43,280 nucleotides of DNA from a virus. The translations under genes were made by a program, and so were the position numbers. Of this stretch, positions 1 through 7,194 are shown one piece after another. Numbering within the stretch: position 1 is the stretch's first letter; each line of letters starts with the position of its first letter. The notes under the pieces are model-generated. The model did no database searches and was not told the DNA's origin. It worked only from the letters and a program-made list of their open reading frames with translations. The stretch lies in the IMG/VR virus record IMGVR_UViG_3300022204_000001, positions 1 through 43,280 of that record. The stretch is one strand, 5' to 3'.

Positions 1-127
1 CTCCATTAGAAATACCTATTGAAAATGCTGAGACTCTGGAACTTATAGAAGCTCACATATCTCAGAATGGTAGACGTATGGAGCATATCATTGAGTTACG
101 TACTGCTCAGGGTGTGCCGAATAAACG
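1..127. repeat. Terminal duplication, left copy (identical to 43154..43280)
   Basis: Base-by-base comparison gives 127/127 identical. The repeat lies inside an open reading frame. Confidence 0.95.
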
Positions 128-2489
128 TAATCCTGATGTATTCTATCCTACTCCTGTGGAGCCTAAGGACTATCCTTTCTTTGCGCTAGTTAAAGATGAT
201 AGTATCACAGGTACTGGTCACACTAAAACTCTCTATGCTAATAGTCAGGAACAGTTAGATAGTATGATCTCTGAGTTAGCTGATAAGCCTAGTCTCACTA
301 TACTAACTAAGACTGATGCAGAGAATTATTATAAGTCCATAGGGCAGTTCGATTCTACTCGTACACTTAATGATAACTATCTTAATATTACTCTGCACAG
401 GAAAGGTGTCTCTGCTCCATACTTCGTACCTACTGATCCGGCGAAAGTTACTCAGGACTTATTGGCTTGGCACCTGAAGCAGGAAACTTCTCTTGTGCGT
501 GAGATGGTATCTGCGAAATACGAACGCCAGTTTGAAGAGCTGCGTAAACGTGGTGAGGAGTTTACTAATCTTGCGACCTCTCAGTTTAATAGTGCCGCGC
601 TAGTTAAGCACGCTGAGAACGTAGTTAAGAATCCCTACATGGATTACATTAAAACTAGTCTAGGTATTAAGAACTACTCTGACTATCCATTCTGGATTAA
701 TGCTAATAAGATGCTGGATGCTAAAGTGTCAGAGATGTTTGATCGTATGACTAAGGTAGTGGAATCTTCTAAGTCAGTAGAGGAGCTATCTCAAGTCAAT
801 GCAATGATGAAATCTTATGGATATAAAGGCGCAGCTTATGATATGGAGATGGATCTACTTGCTAACCATACTGCTCCCAGAGGTGTGCTACAGAGTTTCG
901 TACAGAAAGCTAACAGTATTCTAGCAACTGTAGTGCTACGTCTGGATCATCTTAATGCTGTTAATAACTACATCTCTGCCAATATCTTATACGGTGCTGA
1001 GATGAAATCTATTATACGTGCTATCGAAGGAAGTAATACTAATGCAGTAGGAGAGTTAGCAGGCTTAGGTAAGATTAAACTTCCAGGTAGTGAGCAGGCA
1101 TTACTGTCTCCAACTAAGTTACTAGCTAATGCCTACAAAGCATTTGGTAAGGATTCTCCTGACTTAGCATTTTTCAAGGAGAATGGATTCGTTACTTCTA
1201 TCTCTGATCAGTATAAGTGGACATTAGATAATCTGACTCTCTCAGGTAAAGAGACAGTAAAAGATTTATCTAGTAAGATCACAACAGTACATGACTCGTT
1301 ACGTAATGCTGCTACTAAAGGTGAGCGGTGGACTGGTAATAGATTAGCTGAAGAGTTTAACCGCTTTGCTGCTGCCCATACTATGAAGCAGGTAACTGAC
1401 ATAGCTATTAAGCATGGACTTATGGATAGCAAGACTGCACTGTCTTACATTAATACTTTCGTTAATAGAACACAAGGTAACTATCTAGCTGCTCAACGTC
1501 CTATGTTGTTTCAGGGTGCAGTAGGCCAGAGCATAGGACTGTTCCAGACATACCAGTTCAATCTTATGCAGCAGTTACTACGTCATGTAGGTGAAGGTAC
1601 AGCTAAAGATTCTATGACTCTACTAGGGTTACAGGGAACTGTGTTCGGTATGAATGGCTTACCTGCGTTCAATGCTATCAATACTCATATCGTAGGTACT
1701 GCCTCAGGTAACGAGAAACATAGAGACTTCTATACAACAGTATATGGTGCTGCTGGTAAGGATGCAGGAGACTGGTTAATGTATGGACTGGCATCTAATA
1801 TGCTATTACATCCAGACCTTAAAACTAACTTGTATGTACGTGGTGATATCAATCCACGGCATGTAACTATAGTTCCTACTGATCCAGCTAGTGTACCTAT
1901 CATTCAGGCTACCAGTAAATTCATCAAGAATATTTATGATACTGGAAGCAAGATAGCAAATGGCGGTGACTTCATTAGTTCTGTGTTACAAGGGCTGGAG
2001 CACAATTCAATCTCTAGGCCGCTTGCGGGACTGGCTCAGACGCTTGAGGGGCTGGCTAATCCTGAACATGCCTCGTATTCAACTTCAAAGAGAGGCAATG
2101 TAATTGCAAGTAATGACGTTCTAGCTCTTACGAATATCTCAAGAATGGTAGGTGGTAAACCATTAGGTGAGGCAGTAGCTATTGATGCAGCCTTTAGATT
2201 TAAAGCCTACGCACTAGCTGATTCTGCTAAGAGGGCTAAACTTGGAGAAGCTATTAAGAGTTCGATGATAGCAGGAAGATCTCCTTCACAGGAGCAGATA
2301 GAAAGTTTTGCTGAGAGTTATGCTAAGACAGGAGGTAAGCAGACTGAGTTTAATAAATGGATGGTTCAATTATATAAGACAACTAATACCTCCCAAGCTA
2401 ATGATCTTAGAGATAAAGTAAATAGTCCTTACTCTAAGAGCATGCAGCTTATAATGGGAGGATACGAGTTAAAAGATTTTGACAGATAA
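1..2489 (+). CDS. Giant internal-virion/DNA-ejection-type protein, C-terminal part (the 5' part is 40630..43153; the gene is split only by the linearisation point)
   Basis: The frame is open from base 3 to TAA at 2487-2489. It joins the frame of 40630.. exactly (43231-40630=2601, divisible by 3). It is the last gene of the plus-strand virion block. Confidence 0.8.
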   Translation, partial: PLEIPIENAETLELIEAHISQNGRRMEHIIELRTAQGVPNKRNPDVFYPTPVEPKDYPFFALVKDDSITGTGHTKTLYANSQEQLDSMISELADKPSLTILTKTDAENYYKSIGQFDSTRTLNDNYLNITLHRKGVSAPYFVPTDPAKVTQDLLAWHLKQETSLVREMVSAKYERQFEELRKRGEEFTNLATSQFNSAALVKHAENVVKNPYMDYIKTSLGIKNYSDYPFWINANKMLDAKVSEMFDRMTKVVESSKSVEELSQVNAMMKSYGYKGAAYDMEMDLLANHTAPRGVLQSFVQKANSILATVVLRLDHLNAVNNYISANILYGAEMKSIIRAIEGSNTNAVGELAGLGKIKLPGSEQALLSPTKLLANAYKAFGKDSPDLAFFKENGFVTSISDQYKWTLDNLTLSGKETVKDLSSKITTVHDSLRNAATKGERWTGNRLAEEFNRFAAAHTMKQVTDIAIKHGLMDSKTALSYINTFVNRTQGNYLAAQRPMLFQGAVGQSIGLFQTYQFNLMQQLLRHVGEGTAKDSMTLLGLQGTVFGMNGLPAFNAINTHIVGTASGNEKHRDFYTTVYGAAGKDAGDWLMYGLASNMLLHPDLKTNLYVRGDINPRHVTIVPTDPASVPIIQATSKFIKNIYDTGSKIANGGDFISSVLQGLEHNSISRPLAGLAQTLEGLANPEHASYSTSKRGNVIASNDVLALTNISRMVGGKPLGEAVAIDAAFRFKAYALADSAKRAKLGEAIKSSMIAGRSPSQEQIESFAESYAKTGGKQTEFNKWMVQLYKTTNTSQANDLRDKVNSPYSKSMQLIMGGYELKDFDR

Positions 2490-2512
2490 GAGCTTAGTGG
2501 GGAGGCTTAGAA

Positions 2513-2866
2513 TTAGATGTCATCATCGTCTCCTGAATCTCCCCACGCCCCTTCATCATCCTCCATACCAGCTTCCATATCATCCCCGCCATACTCCTTA
2601 TCTAGCAAGTTATCCCGTAGCAGCTTAGCTATCCCTTCATTCTCAGCTAGCCAGTTAGGCAGTGTTACGGAGATTTCATCCTTGTAACTTCCTTCTACCC
2701 TTGTTCCATCCATCAGCTTTACTTGTGAGTGTGGTAGCCACTTACGAGTAAGCTCCATACCTGAGTCATCCATGATAGCCATTTGGAAAGCCTTACCTGA
2801 GGGAGCTTCTTTCAGGAAGACTCCATTGACTTGCATCTTTTCAAACTTAGAGTTCTTATCATTCAT
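2513..2866 (-). CDS. Small protein with a strongly acidic C-terminal tail (SSB-like tail or DNA mimic?)
   Basis: ATG at 2866 follows AAGGTAAG. The track ORF begins at an upstream TTG (2920). The C-terminus reads EYGGDDMEAGMEDDEGAWGDSGDDDDI. Confidence 0.6.
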   Translation of the reverse strand: MNDKNSKFEKMQVNGVFLKEAPSGKAFQMAIMDDSGMELTRKWLPHSQVKLMDGTRVEGSYKDEISVTLPNWLAENEGIAKLLRDNLLDKEYGGDDMEAGMEDDEGAWGDSGDDDDI

Positions 2867-2894
2867 TTCATTCTTACCTTTTATGTTATCAGTG

Positions 2895-3251
2895 TTAGAT
2901 TGTTGTATCAAATAGGTCAAGCTGCTGTATAGGGTGATCTTGCCAAGTATGATTAGACTTATACCTGTTCTCTATTGGGTCTAATAACTGTAAGTTACCT
3001 TCCCAATGGAGACCACAAACTATCGGTGAGTTAAGAGGTACTATATGGTCTACCTCCATTTTACGTAACTTCGCTTCCATGTAAATAGCTTTCATACAGA
3101 GGTAGTCTGCCCAAGAAGGAGTACATCTATACAACTGCCTATAGTATTTAATACCTCTTTGAGAGTTTTTACATAGGTGATTGATATCCCTAATTAAGTC
3201 TAGCCATTTAGGCATAGTTTTGTTATTAACTACGGAGAGATTATTAGCCAT
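2895..3251 (-). CDS. HNH endonuclease
   Basis: Motif VDHIVPL..GLHWEGNLQLL..NRYKSNH. ATG at 3251 overlaps the upstream TGA by 1 nt (the track start at 3254 is GTG). Confidence 0.7.
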   Translation of the reverse strand: MANNLSVVNNKTMPKWLDLIRDINHLCKNSQRGIKYYRQLYRCTPSWADYLCMKAIYMEAKLRKMEVDHIVPLNSPIVCGLHWEGNLQLLDPIENRYKSNHTWQDHPIQQLDLFDTTI

Positions 3252-3505
3252 CACCTATACCTATCTTGTAGCTCTTCATCAGTGTGAGTTCCTTTGTAAT
3301 ACTTACACCATTTAGTTCCTTTCCGATGAGGAAAATGATACCCGTCACAATTACAAGTAGCAGCTCTCGAGGCCAGTTTATCAAACTTGGTACTATGTAA
3401 CTTCCCACCACACCAGCATCTCTTCTCCCTAACATACTGCTCTACGGGCTTCTTAAAAGATATTCGTGTACGGCAGGAGGCTCTATTACACCTATACCAA
3501 TACAT
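3251..3505 (-). CDS. Cys-rich zinc-ribbon-like protein
   Basis: 84 aa with C..C, CWCGG, CNCDGYHFPHRKGTKWC. Tightly packed in the operon. Confidence 0.6.
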   Translation of the reverse strand: MYWYRCNRASCRTRISFKKPVEQYVREKRCWCGGKLHSTKFDKLASRAATCNCDGYHFPHRKGTKWCKYYKGTHTDEELQDRYR

Positions 3506-3506
3506 G

Positions 3507-3800
3507 CTAGTCTACCAGTGTATCATCAACCAGCTTAGTATAGCCAATGATATCATGCCAGCTATCTTTATACTCAGGATCACCATTAAGAATCCTACCT
3601 ATCTTATGGGCAACCATCTCAAGAGCTTCCTTCTTGTCATCAGATAGTTCATCCCAACGAGGAGAATCTACCATTGCTCGTTTGATGTTTTGAGTTATAT
3701 GTGCATGACTACCGAAGTCACCATAGACGGAACCCCGCTGTGCTAGGGTGGCTTCTATAGATGGAAGTAGTGTAGCCTTCTTAATTGTTTTCTTTGCCAT
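3507..3800 (-). CDS. Conserved phage protein, DUF6378-like pattern
   Basis: R-x3-YGDF ... KIGRIL ... DSWHDIIGYTKL pattern. The family name is from memory and was not searched. Confidence 0.5.
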   Translation of the reverse strand: MAKKTIKKATLLPSIEATLAQRGSVYGDFGSHAHITQNIKRAMVDSPRWDELSDDKKEALEMVAHKIGRILNGDPEYKDSWHDIIGYTKLVDDTLVD

Positions 3801-4014
3801 GATTAATGTCCTCTTCTATTGCAGTTAGTAGTTCTATATCCTCATTCTGAATATAGTTTTGTGGTGCTTCATCTTCGTAAGATTCAGTGGGAGACTCATA
3901 AGTCTTATCTTCTCTACCTGTCATCCCATGATTATTACCAGAGATAAATCTAGGACAGGTAGCTAGGTGTTCTTTGCTGTATCTCATATCGAATCCGCAG
4001 GTACAGTTAGCCAT
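3781..4014 (-). CDS. Hypothetical protein (77 aa, N-terminal CxC...C)
   Basis: ATG start. Overlaps its neighbours as in a coupled operon. Confidence 0.55.
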   Translation of the reverse strand: MANCTCGFDMRYSKEHLATCPRFISGNNHGMTGREDKTYESPTESYEDEAPQNYIQNEDIELLTAIEEDINHGKENN

Positions 4015-4379
4015 TATTTCTCACCTCCAGCTTTATCGTCTGGGTGTACTTCCCTAGGAAATACGAATCCAGTACGTCTAGCTACCAGCTTATCATTGAG
4101 TATGCCACAGAGATTCTCTATATCTGATTCAGTATAGGAATCATTGAGCATAACTCCACAGTAAGCGGCTATCTCAGCAAGCATAATCTCCAGCTCATCT
4201 ACAGCATGGTTAGCTAGAAGTTCTAATAACTCTGGATGATTCTTTACTTCCCTTCCCAGAGCTATCTTATTCTCACCAAACATCTGAAAGTGTTTAGGGT
4301 TATACTTATGATGAGTCTTACGATCTTTGACGGGAGTAGTAGACTCAATCTCCTCTCCCCAGATATTATACTCAGCCAT
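4014..4379 (-). CDS. Hypothetical protein (121 aa)
   Basis: ATG start with a 1-nt overlap with the upstream stop. Confidence 0.6.
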   Translation of the reverse strand: MAEYNIWGEEIESTTPVKDRKTHHKYNPKHFQMFGENKIALGREVKNHPELLELLANHAVDELEIMLAEIAAYCGVMLNDSYTESDIENLCGILNDKLVARRTGFVFPREVHPDDKAGGEK

Positions 4380-5347
4380 TACTCCTCCTTACCTACTGGG
4401 AGGTTATGCCAGATAGTCATGCCCTTGTCTGCGTCATAGTCGGGAGAATTCATAGTAAAGCCAGCAGCGTTCTTATGTCCACCGCCTCCTAGGAGTTCCG
4501 CTATCTTAGATACGTCACAATTATCTCCTACTGATCGCAAGGAGAAACATACCTTACCTTCTGCCAGTTGACTCCAGACTGCACCGAATGTACCGGACTC
4601 CTTAGCTAGGGTATTACCTATAGAAGAAGCTAGCGCATAAGGAGCATTGACAGCTAGTCCAGACATACCGCCTATAGTTATAGGGCTAGTACCTTGGGAG
4701 ATAATAGATGCCTCTAACTGGTGCTCATACTCCATGATAGCTTCTCCAGTAGCAGCAGCTTCCATAACTTCTGCACTACGTTCAAAGGTCTCCAGGAGAT
4801 ATGAGAAACAGTAGATAGTCTTAGGCTGGAGTCTAAGAAACTTATTAATGGCCTTAGTATCAAGTAGAAGGAACTTCCACAGATCATAGTCTTTAACAAA
4901 GCTTATGAGTCTGGGGAATATACCCTTTCTATCTATCAGCTCTCGCCAACAGAGACTAGCACCACACTCACTATTGTCCAGAGTCACAGCTACGTTAGTC
5001 ATAGGTATTGTGAATATCTCTCTGCTATCAGGTTGTACATTATAGTCAGCACCTAGCAGATTCCTAAAGGCACTAGCATGGTGATCGTATAGATGTACAT
5101 AATGAGCGTGTAGATCTAACTTCTTAAGCTGCTCTACTGAGAATGAGAAGTCAACTATATACAGTACTGGAGAAGATAATACATCCAGTGCTTGTATGAT
5201 AGGAGTTATATCATCATCATAACTAGCAGGCCAATAAGTGATGTCATTGTGAGAAATCTTCTGTACTTCAGTAAGATGCTTATGTGCTACTGTTGCTGAG
5301 GTGATACCGTCTATACAGTTATCATGGTAGATTATTAAATATTTCAT
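4379..5347 (-). CDS. DHH/DHHA1-family phosphoesterase (RecJ/NrnA-like)
   Basis: Motifs YHDNCIDG (DxD), IVDFS, LYDHHAS (DHH), GGGGHKNAAGF (DHHA1 GGGH). Confidence 0.8.
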   Translation of the reverse strand: MKYLIIYHDNCIDGITSATVAHKHLTEVQKISHNDITYWPASYDDDITPIIQALDVLSSPVLYIVDFSFSVEQLKKLDLHAHYVHLYDHHASAFRNLLGADYNVQPDSREIFTIPMTNVAVTLDNSECGASLCWRELIDRKGIFPRLISFVKDYDLWKFLLLDTKAINKFLRLQPKTIYCFSYLLETFERSAEVMEAAATGEAIMEYEHQLEASIISQGTSPITIGGMSGLAVNAPYALASSIGNTLAKESGTFGAVWSQLAEGKVCFSLRSVGDNCDVSKIAELLGGGGHKNAAGFTMNSPDYDADKGMTIWHNLPVGKEE

Positions 5348-5358
5348 ATCAGTGTTTC

Positions 5359-6663
5359 CTATATCAGGTGTATGTTACTTTCATTTTTATGTGTTACTGC
5401 TGGTGTGATATCCGTATCTTTTACTTCTTCCTCTGAGAGTAATGACCAATCTACTGTGTCATTTATTTCATTAACCATTACATCTCTCTTAGGTAAGTAT
5501 CCGTGGTTGACTACTTGTATCTTATCCGCCAAAGTTAGATTACCTAAAATCTCCATCATCTGCTCGCGCCTGTCTAAGTCAGCGTATACGTGCTTCCAGA
5601 CTTCCTTAACTGGCATAGGCTCCATAGCAGTTTCAATTAGTTTCAATACCTTATGAGTTATATCAGAGTTCCTACTCTTACCAAATTCTCCTAATGCGCT
5701 AGGCATATGTTTCTCAGCAGCCGTCAGCATAGTGTTAGCATATATAACCTCTTTCTCAGTTATTCTTGTAGTGAGATTGTTAGCACAGATTATCAATACT
5801 AGCTTGAGCAATATAGGAAAACGCCGGTTACTGTACGATGCAAATCTCACATCATCCAGCGGTTGCCAGCGTTTATATATCTTATCTAAGAGTTTATCAG
5901 CAGCAGGAGTAAGAGTGATCTCACCCAGCATACAATCCCGTATGGCATGTAAGCTCCTGATAAGTCTCTTCTCTACCTCCTCGTCAGGTAATGGCATCCA
6001 TGTATGCTTAATACCTGTAGGTTCTGCATGTATAAGTATAAGTCTGGAGAAGAATCCTTGCCCTATCATATCAGGAGGGAAACAAGCGTTCATACCTGTA
6101 GGAGTATTTCCACCAAGAATAGATACAGTAGGATTGTTAAGATAGACAGACTTAGAGTTCTTAAGTTTGTAATCATATACCTCATCTCCCCAATCCCATA
6201 ACTCTCCTAGTATAGACATGAACTCTAAGTTACCTATACCAATGAAGTTATTAAACTCATCAGCTGCAACTAGAGTCTCTGCTACACACATATCAGAAGG
6301 AGAATCCCCGAATAGATTCTGCTCTAGTATGTTATCTCCTCCATCTTCCATAGCAGTCTCTGCCATATCTAGAAGAAACTTCTCTTGTCTAGTCTTCTTA
6401 GCTGCAAACTTATCATAGCCTGCTAGTTTCATAAGTCGTGCGGCCATCTTAATAGATGTGGACTTCTTAGTACCGGCATCTCCAACTAGCATAGTATAGA
6501 GATTAGCATGTACTTTAAAGTGGCCTTGACGGAAGTAGATATTTCTACCTACATATGCACCTAGACAAGTTATAGCTGCCCAGCGGTGAAAGAACTTAGG
6601 ACACTCAGTGCCAGAGGAGTATTGTAGATATAAGGAGAAGAAGTCTTCAGCTTCTCTACTCAC
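5359..6663 (-). CDS. P-loop NTPase, SF3-type (D5/VirE-like) replicative helicase candidate
   Basis: Walker A GDAGTKKST and Walker B LVAADEF. GTG start at 6663 preceded by GGAG. 434 aa, next to the DNA polymerase. Confidence 0.65.
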   Translation of the reverse strand: MSREAEDFFSLYLQYSSGTECPKFFHRWAAITCLGAYVGRNIYFRQGHFKVHANLYTMLVGDAGTKKSTSIKMAARLMKLAGYDKFAAKKTRQEKFLLDMAETAMEDGGDNILEQNLFGDSPSDMCVAETLVAADEFNNFIGIGNLEFMSILGELWDWGDEVYDYKLKNSKSVYLNNPTVSILGGNTPTGMNACFPPDMIGQGFFSRLILIHAEPTGIKHTWMPLPDEEVEKRLIRSLHAIRDCMLGEITLTPAADKLLDKIYKRWQPLDDVRFASYSNRRFPILLKLVLIICANNLTTRITEKEVIYANTMLTAAEKHMPSALGEFGKSRNSDITHKVLKLIETAMEPMPVKEVWKHVYADLDRREQMMEILGNLTLADKIQVVNHGYLPKRDVMVNEINDTVDWSLLSEEEVKDTDITPAVTHKNESNIHLI

Positions 6664-6880
6664 AAGTAGGACACTCCATAGAAGTTGTTTTTATGGCTTG
6701 CATAGCTGCACGTATAGCTTGAGTCTTCCCTGGTATTTGGTAGACAACTGTTCCACCACAAATGGTAGGTACGTGGACATCTACAGCAAATATAGTACTG
6801 GCTTCTATAGCCTTTAAGTTTGCTTCTATGAGAGCCGCTCTTTGTTCTCCCATCTTCTTAGTTATCTCTTGCATGCTCAT
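6656..6880 (-). CDS. Hypothetical protein (74 aa, C-terminal CPTC)
   Basis: ATG at 6880 with an AGGAG that lies inside the 35-bp repeat copy. Confidence 0.55.
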   Translation of the reverse strand: MSMQEITKKMGEQRAALIEANLKAIEASTIFAVDVHVPTICGGTVVYQIPGKTQAIRAAMQAIKTTSMECPTCE

Positions 6881-6884
6881 TCTG

Positions 6885-6919
6885 TTAACTCCTGCGGGAA
6901 CTGTGAATGTTCTTATCTT
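6885..6919. repeat. 35-bp perfect direct repeat, copy A (intergenic / end of the 93-aa ORF)
   Basis: ttaactcctgcgggaactgtgaatgttcttatctt is identical to 7258..7292. Confidence 0.95.
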
Positions 6920-7194
6920 ACGCTCTCCGATATAATAGTCTCTATAGAACTATCTATAAATATACCTTTTAAATTTGAGTCAGCTACACTTAAAGATAGT
7001 CTGATATCACGTAGGTACAAGGCTAAAGTTTCTTTGGAGTAGAACCTCAGACTGTGTTCTATCTCTGCTCTAGTAATGACTACGTAGTTTGGCCTACTGT
7101 TATTAATCTTTAAACCTATTACCTTAGTTCCAAGTTCGAACTCTTTTGTATGTGCTACCCTGTCTTTAGTAGCTGGTAACCAATGAAATATCAT
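6913..7194 (-). CDS. Hypothetical protein (93 aa) inside the repeat-bracketed cassette
   Basis: ATG at 7194 overlaps the polymerase TGA (ATGA). Confidence 0.6.
   Translation of the reverse strand: MIFHWLPATKDRVAHTKEFELGTKVIGLKINNSRPNYVVITRAEIEHSLRFYSKETLALYLRDIRLSLSVADSNLKGIFIDSSIETIISESVR

Noticed and set aside
5372-6418. Several plus-strand ORFs (65-137 aa) opposite the SF3 helicase gene, and similar antisense ORFs elsewhere (1208..1432, 10163..10444, 14659..15080, 15751..17428, 23451..24059, 30376..30953, 35288..35605, 36387..36794, 38774..38959, 40920..41168, 42183..42380)
   Set aside because: All lie antisense to, or out of frame with, longer motif-bearing genes, have low-complexity Ser/Leu/Cys-rich translations, and do not fit the strand-block architecture.
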